The translations under genes and the position numbers were made by a program. DNA of 64,000 nt from assembly GCA_017501645.1 (NCBI GenBank), contig JAFVWN010000065.1, positions 17,240-81,239 on the forward strand, in the 5' to 3' direction. Within the stretch, counting starts at the first letter, position 1; each line of letters begins with the position of its first letter. The DNA comes from Clostridia bacterium. GTDB lineage: Bacteria; Bacillota; Clostridia; Christensenellales; UBA1242. Below the pieces are notes generated by a model. It ran no database searches, was not told the origin of the DNA, and saw only the letters and a program-made list of their open reading frames with translations. Shown here in pieces: positions 50,102 to 60,698 of the stretch.

Positions 50102-51237
50102 TATTTATCGCCCGCCTTTAAAACCTCGCCCATCTTTATGCAAACATCCTCATTCACTTTAACGCCCTGCATTAAAGTTTCCATATCTTCAAGCTTTGCA
50201 CCCTTTTGCATAACACAAGGTTTCTCTTCTGTCCCAACAATTTTACAGTTATCTCCAATACTCACTCTTTCGTCTGCATTAAGGTAATTGATAATTGTGT
50301 TTTTGCCAACCATTGAATATTCTTCAATGATTGCGTTTGAGATTATTGAGTCTTCTCCAATTTCAACCCCCTCTTTAACAGCAGTTTGAGATAAAAGTTT
50401 TGCACCGTTCCTAATTTTTGCTTTTTCCATCACAATACCGCCATCTATGTATGCACCATAAATCTTTGCGCCAGAGAAAATTTTCGCATTAATAAGAGTT
50501 GAACCAGCACCAATAAAAGCGTTTTCTTGAACATCAGTATCTCCTGTCATTCTTACAAACGGTTCAATAACTGTTCCTGCCCCAATTGAAACATTAGCAT
50601 CAATATATGTACTGTCAGGAGCTTTGAAATATACGCCATTTTGCATATGGAAACTTACAATTCTATTTTTCAAAATTTCGCTGATAATATATAACTGCTT
50701 ATATGAAACGGCCATCATAAAATCTTCTTCTTCAAAATAATAAGTTGAAGGAGCATAAACCTCATCTACTCTTTTGATATACTCATTCTTAAACACATAT
50801 CCACGAGTAAGTTTACAAACATTAAGACCTTTAGCTTTTGCGAAATCTAAAATGTTTAAAATATTAGCTCTTGTAACAAGAGGTGTATCGCTATACAAGA
50901 CAAGAGTATATTCCGTATCTTTCAAATACGGTTTTATTGCTTTTAAAATATTCTCTCCCTCATTATACTTAATGCAAGTTGGCACGCTAGGACAAGCCCT
51001 TACAACATATTGAAACATAGGGTTACCCAATAAATCAACATTATAAGAACCATCTTTTGCTGGCATTTGTTCACTATCCACCAAAAGGACAATGCAAGTA
51101 ACACTTACATCTTCATTATCTCTTTTAATCTTTTCAACCTTAGTCAAAAGTTTTTCTTGCTTTTCCACATCAAAAAGCGCTGAAGACATTTCTTCAGTTT
51201 TAAATTTTGTTTCTGTTAAATTATATATCTTTTCCAT
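50101..51237 (-). CDS. Degenerate GlmU-like protein (eroded nucleotidyltransferase domain plus hexapeptide beta-helix)
   Basis: G.PM..YV, VLYSDTPL, HM.NGV....P.STYID..V.IG..TVIEP; lacks LAAG.GTRM; occupies glmU position before pth. Confidence 0.65.
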   Translation of the reverse strand: MEKIYNLTETKFKTEEMSSALFDVEKQEKLLTKVEKIKRDNEDVSVTCIVLLVDSEQMPAKDGSYNVDLLGNPMFQYVVRACPSVPTCIKYNEGENILKAIKPYLKDTEYTLVLYSDTPLVTRANILNILDFAKAKGLNVCKLTRGYVFKNEYIKRVDEVYAPSTYYFEEEDFMMAVSYKQLYIISEILKNRIVSFHMQNGVYFKAPDSTYIDANVSIGAGTVIEPFVRMTGDTDVQENAFIGAGSTLINAKIFSGAKIYGAYIDGGIVMEKAKIRNGAKLLSQTAVKEGVEIGEDSIISNAIIEEYSMVGKNTIINYLNADERVSIGDNCKIVGTEEKPCVMQKGAKLEDMETLMQGVKVNEDVCIKMGEVLKAGDK

Positions 51238-51276
51238 AACTTAATTTTAAATAATTATTATGGCTTTGTCAATTTT

Positions 51277-51744
51277 TTATAATACTTCTTTAATTTTTTT
51301 GCGTTTTGACTTAAAATAATCACTCACAAGATTAGAACATTCTTCTTCAAACAAGCCTTTTTCTATTTCGCACTTATGATTTAATTCTGCTCTTGCAATA
51401 ATTTCTTCACAGTCAATAGACCCTTCTTTGTTTATGCTCGCACCAAAATAAACCTTTTTTATTCTTGCATTAAGAATTGCCCCAAAACACATTAAACAAG
51501 GCTCTAGCGTTACATAGAGTTCACAATCTATAAGCCTAAAATCTTTAAATTTTTTACAAGCCTTTTTAATACAAATTATTTCTGCGTGTGCAGTTGCATC
51601 TCTATCTTCTTGTCTTTTGTTATAAGCCCTTGCAATAATCTTCCCCTGACTAACAAGCACAGCACCAACAGGAACTTCATCTTTCAAAAGTCCTTTCTTT
51701 GCTTCCTTTATTGCTTCTTTCATAAACCTTTCTTGTTCTGTCAT
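51277..51744 (-). CDS. tadA: tRNA adenosine(34) deaminase
   Basis: EVPVGAV, AHAEI, YVTLEPCLMC. Confidence 0.9.
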   Translation of the reverse strand: MTEQERFMKEAIKEAKKGLLKDEVPVGAVLVSQGKIIARAYNKRQEDRDATAHAEIICIKKACKKFKDFRLIDCELYVTLEPCLMCFGAILNARIKKVYFGASINKEGSIDCEEIIARAELNHKCEIEKGLFEEECSNLVSDYFKSKRKKIKEVL

Positions 51745-52600
51745 CCTCAAATTCCTTTTGCACCTTTGCAAGTAATCTTATGATATTTTTATTTCTCTTA
51801 TATATTTGTGATATTTCACTTTCTTGTACAGGATGTCTTAGACTATCTTTCCCAACCTCAATTGTTACTGATGGGATACTATATCTTTCGACACACCAAT
51901 CTTTATATCCTCCAGCACTCACTTTTTCAGTGTTTACAACTTTATATCGTAAACTCTTTGCAATAATCTTTGCAATTCGACCATCTCTTTTTATGTTTTC
52001 AGCCTTATTAAAAAACTGATAGTATATCTCTTGTCCCTTTGAATGATAACTTATTGTAAATATTGGTTTTTCTTGACTTGTTAACAAACTAAGAGCCTTT
52101 ACTTCTGGTTCGCTCATTGGCGAGTTCCCAATAAAACCATTATTAGAAGGCTTTGTTTTGTTTTCAACACCAGTCCCCCACTTTGCATCAAAATTTGTGT
52201 TTAAATCTACACCTCTTGCGTTTGCCTTATATAAAGAAAAATCAGTTCCGCCATTTATATTCTTTAAAAACTTCCAACTTTCTTTTGGTGCACTTTTCAA
52301 CCCCGAATAGCAAAGTTCAACCCCATCTGGATTAACCATAGGTACAAAAATTATGTTTGGTACACCCATTGTTTTTAGTTTGTTAAAATCTCTTTCTGTA
52401 TCTTTTATAAGCATACAAATTAGGCTTGTTGTAATATGTTCTCTTGCGTGAATAGCACCTTGAATGATTACTGTATTTTTTGACGAAAAATTAAACTTAA
52501 CCGCATAAATTGGCCTTTTAAAAACAGACTCGCCAATAATAAATATTTTTGACCTTTTTGTATTATTATTCAAAAATTCTTTAAGAGTATTATAATCCAT
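51677..52600 (-). CDS. M14 zinc carboxypeptidase (gamma-D-Glu-mDAP peptidase-like)
   Basis: HARE, PMVNPDG, KANARGVDLN.NF, SEPE, SYHS.G, T.EVG. Confidence 0.88.
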   Translation of the reverse strand: MDYNTLKEFLNNNTKRSKIFIIGESVFKRPIYAVKFNFSSKNTVIIQGAIHAREHITTSLICMLIKDTERDFNKLKTMGVPNIIFVPMVNPDGVELCYSGLKSAPKESWKFLKNINGGTDFSLYKANARGVDLNTNFDAKWGTGVENKTKPSNNGFIGNSPMSEPEVKALSLLTSQEKPIFTISYHSKGQEIYYQFFNKAENIKRDGRIAKIIAKSLRYKVVNTEKVSAGGYKDWCVERYSIPSVTIEVGKDSLRHPVQESEISQIYKRNKNIIRLLAKVQKEFEDDRTRKVYERSNKGSKERTFER

Positions 52601-52645
52601 TATTTCCCTCATTTTAAGTTATGAGAGAAACAAATAGATTTGTTA

Positions 52646-53710
52646 CTACATTAACCCAGCAACAAGTGTTAATATCCAGTTTATAACTAAATAAGCACCG
52701 GCAACCACAAATAAAATTATTGTAACAGTGTTGCCATCTTTTTCTTGTTTCTTTTCTTGAGGCACTTCTTCAACTTTTTTCAAGTTTTCAATTTCTTCAA
52801 CTGTCAAATTTTCTTTATCCAAAAGAGCAAGTGTCTTTTGTTCTTTTCCCTCTTTTATCTTTTTTAATCCCTTTACACAAAGCCAAACCAAAGCCCCGCC
52901 AGCAGCAGCCATAATTAAGCTTGTTACAAAAGAAACACCGATTTGCATCCAAGTGTAAGACACAGTTTCAACGCTTTCAACCACACCTGAAGCAGATGTA
53001 ATATATAAAGATGTCAATGCTACAAAATTATTTAAAAAGTGCATTATTACAGGAACCCAAAGAGTACCTGAATAAATAAATGCATAACCAAGAACTATTC
53101 CTAATATGAACTGATGAACTGTTTGGTCAGGCCCTCCGTGCATCAACATAAATATCAAAGCGCTAAGCATAACCGCTTTATGTTTTCCAATATCTTTAAG
53201 ACCACTCAAAATCAAGCCTCTAAATAGCAATTCTTCAAAAAGAGCAGGACAAATAGCCATTAAAAACACATACAAAAGATATATGCCAAAATTAGGAATC
53301 ACAATATTTCCCACCATTTGTTTATAGCCTAGTTTTTCTAAAAAAGCAACAAAAGTGTTTGTAAGTCCAGTGAACGCAAATAAGCATATAAACGCTAGAG
53401 CAACCGCTAAAAGAGTGCTTTTCCAATCCAACTTTTTATCAAGTTTAGTTGCTTTAATAAACTCAACATTCCTAATTTTTGCAGTTGTCAAAACCGCAAA
53501 AGCAAAAACCGCCTCAACCAAGAATGATAAAAGCACAGCCACTATAAAATTGCCTTTAAAAGATGTAGGCAACAATGTATAAATCAACTCAAAAACAAAC
53601 TGAAACAATACGAAAAATATGCAACCTAAAGAACTATCCATCAAATGAAATTTTGTATTCTTTAATCTTTTTTCAGGCTTTTGAAAAACCAATTCTTCAT
53701 TACTACTCAT
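52646..53710 (-). CDS. CPBP (CAAX/Abi) intramembrane metalloprotease
   Basis: EELLFRG, F.L.H, HFLNN; multi-TM. Confidence 0.9.
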   Translation of the reverse strand: MSSNEELVFQKPEKRLKNTKFHLMDSSLGCIFFVLFQFVFELIYTLLPTSFKGNFIVAVLLSFLVEAVFAFAVLTTAKIRNVEFIKATKLDKKLDWKSTLLAVALAFICLFAFTGLTNTFVAFLEKLGYKQMVGNIVIPNFGIYLLYVFLMAICPALFEELLFRGLILSGLKDIGKHKAVMLSALIFMLMHGGPDQTVHQFILGIVLGYAFIYSGTLWVPVIMHFLNNFVALTSLYITSASGVVESVETVSYTWMQIGVSFVTSLIMAAAGGALVWLCVKGLKKIKEGKEQKTLALLDKENLTVEEIENLKKVEEVPQEKKQEKDGNTVTIILFVVAGAYLVINWILTLVAGLM

Positions 53711-54503
53711 TTTCTTCTCCAAAATAGAAATTATTTCCAGGCCTATCTTGCCTTGAATATCTTATAAAAATGTCTTTTTCAAGTTGATAGCCAGCATCTT
53801 CTAAAGCTCTTGCATTTGTTACATATGCCTGCTCTAAAGTATTTGAGTTTTCACTTATATGCGAAAGAACAAAATACTTTGTTCCAAATCTTGCCAAATC
53901 TACAACAATTTGTGATGCTTGTTCGTTCGACAAATGTCCACTATCACCCGCAATTCTCTTTTTTATAATATAAGGATACTGACAATTCATAAGCATTTTC
54001 TTATCGTGGTTTGATTCAATATAAACTAAAGCACTTCCACGAATAAGCTCAAATGCCTGCCTTGGCAAATATCCAAGGTCTGTTGCAAATGAAACTTTCT
54101 TGCCTTTATATTCAAACATATATCCCAAGCAACTAGAACTATCGTGAGGCAGAACGAACGGAGTAACCCTGATATCTGCAAGACCGAACGAATAGTCATT
54201 TATTATTGAAATTTTATCCTTTATTTCCTCGGGAATAGTATCCTTTATTTCCTCAATCACGCTTGCGTGAGCATATCCTCTAGCCTTGTACTTTTTTAGA
54301 AAATTCACAAAACCTTTTATATGGTCACTATGCTCGTGAGTAATCAAAATAGCATCAATATCTTCAGCCTTTTCGTTAATAAGCTCAAGCCTTCTCTCTG
54401 TTTCTTTTACAGTAAAACCAATATCAAGAAGAATCCTAAACCCACCTGCTTGAATAAAACTGCTATTACCTTTACTTCCCGACCCTAAATTAATTACTCT
54501 CAT
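53703..54503 (-). CDS. MBL-fold metallo-hydrolase (YycJ/WalJ-like)
   Basis: SGSKGN, THEHSDH, ATDLG, ESNHD, GHLSN, HIS..N. Confidence 0.9.
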   Translation of the reverse strand: MRVINLGSGSKGNSSFIQAGGFRILLDIGFTVKETERRLELINEKAEDIDAILITHEHSDHIKGFVNFLKKYKARGYAHASVIEEIKDTIPEEIKDKISIINDYSFGLADIRVTPFVLPHDSSSCLGYMFEYKGKKVSFATDLGYLPRQAFELIRGSALVYIESNHDKKMLMNCQYPYIIKKRIAGDSGHLSNEQASQIVVDLARFGTKYFVLSHISENSNTLEQAYVTNARALEDAGYQLEKDIFIRYSRQDRPGNNFYFGEENE

Positions 54504-54571
54504 TTTTCCTTCCTTTGTTACAAATAATACCACATTTTTTTTATAAGAGCAAACTCTTTAATAATCTTTAT

Positions 54572-56071
54572 TTAAAATGCACCAATAATTGTTTTACCTT
54601 GAAGCCAACTATCAAATAATCCCTCCACATCCTTTCCTGATGCTTTTTTCACTGATACTATAAAATCATCAGTGGTTGCAACTTTAAACTTGTATTTTTT
54701 ATAATACCGCTTAAACCCTTTTATCAACCTTTCTTTTCCAATAACCTGTCTAACATTGTCAAACATCAAGACCCCTTTCACATAAATCATATAGGAGTAT
54801 TCATAATCACCAGCATATTCGTTTACAGAAAGAAGCATACTTGTGTTCAACTTTTGCTCAATAGATTTTACAATGTCTGCATACAATGTATACCCCGCAA
54901 AAGCTTCACTAATAAGACTTTCATAACTCACACCAAACTCTTTATATTCCTCAAAAAACAGCGCCGTACTATATTCTGCTAAACTTTCATCAAGCCAAGC
55001 TTCTTTAATCTCATTATTTCCAACAACAGCATACCACCATTGATGAGCAATTTCGTGTACTATAACTTTTGCGTAATCTAGTTCGCTTTCCATTGTATCA
55101 CTCACAATAACAACTGCAGGATATTCCATACCTCCGTGCAAAAATGGAGCTTTTACAACATCAAGTTTTTTGTATGGGTAGTCACCAAAAATTTTACAAA
55201 AAAACTTAACCGCTTTAACACTAACATCTAAGCAATAATCAATGTTTTCATCTTCTTCATAACCCGTATAAGAAACTAATAATTCGTCTATTTTTTTACT
55301 TTTTGTTTTACTGTTTTTCGTCAACATTATTGCAAAATCTCGAACGGCTTTTGCTTTTATTTTATCTTGTTTTACATCCCCAATTTCTTTAATCCTTTTT
55401 GCATTGCCTGTTGACGACAAAAAATAATCTTTACCATAGGTAAAGTCTACTTCAAAATTTGCAATTTGGCTATAAAACGGGTCTCCGGTGCTATAATAAG
55501 GTTCAATAACATACTCCCCTCTTTCATACACAGCAATTATAGGAAACCAGTTCCCCAAATTTACACTCTCGTTTAAATATCCAAGCCTGTGAGCATTTTC
55601 CGCAAGTCTTAAAACAAACTCAATATTTATTAAAACCTTTTCATCTGGTTCAAGTTCTTTTTCTAATGACACTTCAAGAGCATTATCATCTTTTCCAACA
55701 ATAGAAAATTTTGCCTCTTCACCACCTATTTTTACGGATTTTATCTCCATATCACCATAACTTTTGCCATTAGGAAAACATTTTGCCTCGTTGATTGAAG
55801 TATATGGCTTAACACTAGCATCTTCACGAAAAGCTCTGCCATAAAGATTGAAACAAACTGTGTTTAATATGACATCTGTGTTATTAACAAAAACAACATC
55901 TTCTGTTGCGGAAATTGTCATTTCATCATCTAAAACTGCAGTTATTTTATATGAAGAAATCCCTTTACTAGCTTTTTCAAGTTCTTTATACGGACTACAC
56001 CCAACAAAAAGACTTAAAATAAAAATAAAAGATACACAAATACTAAAAAAGTTAACAATTCTTTTTTTCAT
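54572..56071 (-). CDS. M1 family aminopeptidase lipoprotein
   Basis: Lipobox FVGC; GGMEYP; HEIAHQWW; WLDE.LAEY; Y.KG. Confidence 0.9.
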   Translation of the reverse strand: MKKRIVNFFSICVSFIFILSLFVGCSPYKELEKASKGISSYKITAVLDDEMTISATEDVVFVNNTDVILNTVCFNLYGRAFREDASVKPYTSINEAKCFPNGKSYGDMEIKSVKIGGEEAKFSIVGKDDNALEVSLEKELEPDEKVLINIEFVLRLAENAHRLGYLNESVNLGNWFPIIAVYERGEYVIEPYYSTGDPFYSQIANFEVDFTYGKDYFLSSTGNAKRIKEIGDVKQDKIKAKAVRDFAIMLTKNSKTKSKKIDELLVSYTGYEEDENIDYCLDVSVKAVKFFCKIFGDYPYKKLDVVKAPFLHGGMEYPAVVIVSDTMESELDYAKVIVHEIAHQWWYAVVGNNEIKEAWLDESLAEYSTALFFEEYKEFGVSYESLISEAFAGYTLYADIVKSIEQKLNTSMLLSVNEYAGDYEYSYMIYVKGVLMFDNVRQVIGKERLIKGFKRYYKKYKFKVATTDDFIVSVKKASGKDVEGLFDSWLQGKTIIGAF

Positions 56072-56185
56072 AAACACCTCTTTTAAGGGTATGATAATAT
56101 TGAACATTTTATGTTAAAACAAACTTGCAAAAACAGTGTTGTAATATTTTATTTTTTGTGATATAATCTTTTTTGAGGAGTTATT

Positions 56186-57424
56186 ATGGAACAATACAAT
56201 GATATGTTTTATGGATATAATCAATCCTTAGAAAAAACAAAACAAAATTATAAAGACTCAACGAACGAGAATTTATATATTAAAGATGAAGGAGCAAAAG
56301 ACAAACAGCTTCTCTATTCTCTTATTAAACAATACAATGATGACAATGGAGAAAGTGGTTCTTTTTTTGGTTTCATTTCTGCAAAATTCAAAAGCAAAGC
56401 CAGCCTTCTTGCATTTTTAAAAAGAGTAAGAGGCCTTGTTGATAACTCATCTTTACTTGAAGCTATTGAAGGAATGATCAATTCGTTAGAAAATTCTTCT
56501 CAAAAAGAAGAATCTCAAGCAAATAAAAATGAAAAACAAATAGCACAACCATTAACAGATCCTGTGCAGGCTTCAATAATGGCAACTAAATATAGAGAAT
56601 ATAGTCTGTTTGCAGTTGCTAAAAGTCAAAACAAAAATCACTTCCCTACTGAAAGGTCAATAGTAAATACCACATCTTTTAAAAATCTCAGCAGGAATGA
56701 ACTTGTAAAAAACTTTCAGGCGGACAAATTTTATTCTTTAACATCCACTCAAAAACAAGCTTTGTTTCAAGCAGTTACTGATGAGTACCTTTCTTCTTAT
56801 GGAGTTGAGCCTTGTGCTGTAAATCTTGTGGACTTGCCTATAAGCGATAAATCTGTATGCTTCGGCCAATATAACCCAAACACAGGAAGTATTAGCATAA
56901 ACAAAAATCTACTTGCAAATATAGACAGTGCTGACGAGGCAAACAACCAATACTTACCATATCAAATACTTTCAACAATTATTCACGAAGCTCGCCATAG
57001 AGTACAATTCTCTATGTTAAATGATAAAAATTTGAGCGATAAAGAAAGGCTTGTTGTAAATTCACTTATGCATCCACAAGAAAATATGTCATACAACTCA
57101 TATCTTGCAGAACCTGATGAGCTTGACGCTAGAAATGAAGCTCTTGCATATATAAGACAAGTAGCAACTTCTCAACAAGGAACTGACAATTCTTTAGCTC
57201 AATTTTACAACCTTGCAAAAGAAAATGAAATGCAAAATAGTAAAAATCCTGTTAGTTCTAAAGTTATGGAAAATTTTCCAGACATTTATGAAAACACTTA
57301 CTTAAGACAAGGTCAAAATTATAATAGAATGCAACAAGAAAAAAGAGAATTTTCTCAAATAATAAGAGGGAACTACCAATCTTTAGAACTCGCAAAAAGA
57401 TTTGAAATAAAAAAGCCTTATTAA
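56186..57424 (+). CDS. Hypothetical protein with zincin-like HExxH metallopeptidase motif
   Basis: G.YNP..G.I.IN, TIIHEARH..Q, P.E.DAR; no signal peptide. Confidence 0.65.
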   Translation: MEQYNDMFYGYNQSLEKTKQNYKDSTNENLYIKDEGAKDKQLLYSLIKQYNDDNGESGSFFGFISAKFKSKASLLAFLKRVRGLVDNSSLLEAIEGMINSLENSSQKEESQANKNEKQIAQPLTDPVQASIMATKYREYSLFAVAKSQNKNHFPTERSIVNTTSFKNLSRNELVKNFQADKFYSLTSTQKQALFQAVTDEYLSSYGVEPCAVNLVDLPISDKSVCFGQYNPNTGSISINKNLLANIDSADEANNQYLPYQILSTIIHEARHRVQFSMLNDKNLSDKERLVVNSLMHPQENMSYNSYLAEPDELDARNEALAYIRQVATSQQGTDNSLAQFYNLAKENEMQNSKNPVSSKVMENFPDIYENTYLRQGQNYNRMQQEKREFSQIIRGNYQSLELAKRFEIKKPY

Positions 57425-57556
57425 GTTTAATAATTATAAAAACGCAAAAAAGGAAAGATCAAATTAAGTCTTTCCTTTTTTTGTGGCATAATCATTTTTT
57501 AATAAAGTATTAATGAAACAAAAAAACCAAAAGCTTAGGCTTTTGGTTTTTACTTA

Positions 57557-59491
57557 TTATTCGTCACCAAGTTCTCCATCAGGAGTATTAACTTTATCTT
57601 TATCTCCTTGACTTGGGTTAACATTTTCGTCATCCTTATCAACATCACCCACATTAACATTTCCTGAATTGTTGTCAGTGCTTGGAGCTTGAGAAGGATT
57701 TTGAGTAGATGAACCACCTTGGTTCTTTTTCAACTCTTCGTTTTCTGCTTTTAATCTTGCATTTTCTGCCATTGTTGCATTATAACTAGAAAGTAAAGTA
57801 TTATAAGCGTTTTCTGCAACAGTTGCATCATTTCTTGCATCTTCCGCATCTTTAATAGCAGCATCTCTTTCTTCAATAGCTGTGCTAAGAGCATCTTTTG
57901 TGTTTGAAAGTTGATTTCTTAAAGAATTAACCTTGTTTGTCAATGTTGCGGTTTTTGCTTGTTCCTCTTCAAGTTGTTTGCGAAGAGCTTCAACAAGTTC
58001 GCTATTATCTGTTCCGCCACCATTATTTTCTAAGTACTCAATAGTTGCCTCTAATGTTTCAATTGAATCTTCAAGTCGATCAATTTCTTTATCCTTTTCT
58101 GCAATAATAGTCTCTTTTCTATCTATTTCATCTTGAAGGTCTTTAATTTGTTTATCATCATTTTCAATAACAAACTTCAATGCTTCAGTTTGATTTTTGA
58201 AGTCTGCTCTACTCTTTCCTGAGCCGTCAAGAGCGTCAACAATAATCTCTTCGTTGTTGGCTAAAATTTGAGCGTTCACAATAGCTGTATCAAAAATGTG
58301 TTGCACTTCTTTATTGATTTTATCGCTTGTATAATTACCATTTTCATCTGTGATATCTTGTTTAGAAACACCATAATCAGCCATACATTCTAATAAATAA
58401 GCATAAACCTTTTTAACATCATCACTAGTACCATTTTCAGTGCTTTCCATAATAGCATCAAAAAGATTTTCAATATTAACATCTTCTGGAATTATTACAC
58501 CTGCCTGTTCAGCCTTTTCAACCACATTTTGAAATCTAGCCTTACCGTCTTCGATTTTGTCATTAAGATCTTCAATATCTTCTTTTAAATCTTCAACTTG
58601 GTCATTGAGGTATTCAACCTTAATTTCTAACGCAGAGTTTAATTCTTCAAGAGTTTTATTTTCTCCCTCAAGCAATTCATTGTCTTCAAGTAGACCAGCA
58701 ATTGTTTTTTGTTGCTCTTCATTTAAAGCATAAACAATATCATAATCATTTTTAAGTTTAGTGTTTTCATTTTTCAACTTGCCGACTTTCACACCTTTAG
58801 AAATACCAATAGTTGCAGATGCTATTGTAGCAATTAGTAAGACAACCGCAATAACCGTAGTTATCCTGTTCGCTTTCTTTGCTGGAACTGCCTTTCCGCT
58901 TCTTGTAACATAGTTAGCTTGGTTATAAAGGTCTTCATTTTGTTCTGTTAAAGACGCATTCTCTGCAGTAAGAGCTTGATTGCTTTCAAGAAGTTCTGTT
59001 GCAGTTCTCTTTGTTGCTTGAACTTCTTTAGCTAATTCAGTCATATTCTCTGCAATTTCCGCATTTTTAGCTTCAAGCTCAGCAATTTTGCCTTCACGCA
59101 TAACACGGATATTTTCCATTGTTTGTTTAAATGTTTCCATTTGTGTTGCGTATTCCAAAATGATAATTGGTAACTTCTCAGCATCCAAGACATCTTCAAC
59201 CGCTGGAGCAACTAATTCTCCATCCGCATTTGGAATAGAAAGAGCTGTTGCAATCTTATGAGCATCTTGAGCATTTGCGACAATTTTCACTTTTGCTTCA
59301 TCAACAACAATGTCTGCATTCTTAATTACATTATAAGCTTCTTGAAATCTTTTTCTTTCACCTGGTGTGCTGAACGCCATACCTGGTCTGTTCATAAGTT
59401 CAAAAAGAGAAACAATACTTTCTTGTAAAGTATCCTCTGTTTTTCCAAAAACTTGAACGAATGAATGCTTATCTACTGGTTGTTTTGCCAT
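57557..59491 (-). CDS. Large coiled-coil protein with a single internal TM helix
   Basis: Extended heptads; TM ITTVIAVVLLIATIASATIGI; low-complexity acidic tail; GGGAGG RBS. Confidence 0.7.
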   Translation of the reverse strand: MAKQPVDKHSFVQVFGKTEDTLQESIVSLFELMNRPGMAFSTPGERKRFQEAYNVIKNADIVVDEAKVKIVANAQDAHKIATALSIPNADGELVAPAVEDVLDAEKLPIIILEYATQMETFKQTMENIRVMREGKIAELEAKNAEIAENMTELAKEVQATKRTATELLESNQALTAENASLTEQNEDLYNQANYVTRSGKAVPAKKANRITTVIAVVLLIATIASATIGISKGVKVGKLKNENTKLKNDYDIVYALNEEQQKTIAGLLEDNELLEGENKTLEELNSALEIKVEYLNDQVEDLKEDIEDLNDKIEDGKARFQNVVEKAEQAGVIIPEDVNIENLFDAIMESTENGTSDDVKKVYAYLLECMADYGVSKQDITDENGNYTSDKINKEVQHIFDTAIVNAQILANNEEIIVDALDGSGKSRADFKNQTEALKFVIENDDKQIKDLQDEIDRKETIIAEKDKEIDRLEDSIETLEATIEYLENNGGGTDNSELVEALRKQLEEEQAKTATLTNKVNSLRNQLSNTKDALSTAIEERDAAIKDAEDARNDATVAENAYNTLLSSYNATMAENARLKAENEELKKNQGGSSTQNPSQAPSTDNNSGNVNVGDVDKDDENVNPSQGDKDKVNTPDGELGDE

Positions 59492-59686
59492 TTTTATATC
59501 CTCCCTATTGCCAGCCTTTCACTGACTCTAATGGTTAGCATTTATTTTTTTGTATAAGTATTTTACCACATAGCCCCCTCAATGTCAATACTCAATTTTT
59601 AAAAACATTACACCAAATAAATAATATTTTGTCACAAAAAAACCGCCCATAAAATCAAAAGATTTTACAGGCGGTTGCCTTTGTTA

Positions 59687-60079
59687 TTAGCAAAGAGTTG
59701 CCATTGCTGTTGCATACTCTCCATCGTGAGCAATTGAAACTGCAATTTCTTTGCTCTTTCCTTTTTGTTTGGTCAAATAATCTTCAAGTTCCTTTGCAAG
59801 TTTTACAATTGGAGCACCTTTTTCGTTGTGGTCAATTGTTATATCTTTGAAGCCAAAACCACCACTCATTCCAACACCAATAGCTTTAAGTACAGCCTCT
59901 TTCGCAGCAAAGAATCCAGCAACTGTCATAGCGACAGAATCAAACCCGTATTTTGTAATAATTTTACTTTTTTTACTTGCATATTTTATTTCAATATCAT
60001 TTAAAATTTTGTCTAAAAATCTATCTTTTTGCATAGCTTCTGCTATTCTTGAAATTTTAACAATATCAATCCCAATCAT
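59687..60079 (-). CDS. acpS: Holo-ACP synthase
   Basis: IGIDIV.I.RI, AG.FAAKEA..KA.G.G, G.P, SI.HDG.YA.A. Confidence 0.93.
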   Translation of the reverse strand: MIGIDIVKISRIAEAMQKDRFLDKILNDIEIKYASKKSKIITKYGFDSVAMTVAGFFAAKEAVLKAIGVGMSGGFGFKDITIDHNEKGAPIVKLAKELEDYLTKQKGKSKEIAVSIAHDGEYATAMATLC

Positions 60080-60695
60080 TAACATTTCCTCCGTCAAACT
60101 TATAATTTCTTAAGACAAAACTTATGCTATCACCTGCAAAACCTCTTCTAGCAAGATAAGCATAAAGCCCCGCCATTGTTTTTTCGTCAACTTGCTTATT
60201 TTTCATATATTTTTGGGCAATAATTTGAGCTCTGTTTTTCTCTTCTTCTCCATCAATTACCTGAACTTTTTCATCAATAATACTTGAGCTGATTCCCTTC
60301 AAAAATAAAGCATTTTTCACTTCTTTTTTGCTCTTCAAACTTTTACTTTCAACCAAAAGCTTAGCGTATAAATCATCATTTATATAGCCGTATTCTTCTG
60401 CTTTTGCAATAGCCTTTTGAACACACTCAGCAGAATATCCATATTGAAAGATCTTCTTTTCTAAATCTCGCCTTGAGTACATTTGTCTTGAAACAAGGCC
60501 CAAAAGTTTTTCAAAAGCCGACCTTGTTTCACTTTCAAGAACAACATCTTCTAAAGTTTGCTTATCAACTTCTTTACCAACCTTAAAGCCTGCTTTTATA
60601 ATAGTTTCTGCGTCTACTCCACTATAAAATGTGCCATCAATATAAATATTATATCGCCCTTTTCTTTTTTGAGCATTAATGTCTGTAATTATCAT
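60066..60695 (-). CDS. recX: Regulatory protein RecX
   Basis: IT.I..QK...RYNIY.D, GYIND..YA, L..KGI, L.RRGF. Confidence 0.88.
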   Translation of the reverse strand: MIITDINAQKRKGRYNIYIDGTFYSGVDAETIIKAGFKVGKEVDKQTLEDVVLESETRSAFEKLLGLVSRQMYSRRDLEKKIFQYGYSAECVQKAIAKAEEYGYINDDLYAKLLVESKSLKSKKEVKNALFLKGISSSIIDEKVQVIDGEEEKNRAQIIAQKYMKNKQVDEKTMAGLYAYLARRGFAGDSISFVLRNYKFDGGNVNDWD

Positions 60696-60698
60696 ATT

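Noticed and set aside
51677-51744. 68-bp overlap of M14 peptidase and tadA as a frameshift or pseudogene
   Set aside because: Both genes retain complete catalytic motifs; likely a simple C-terminal extension
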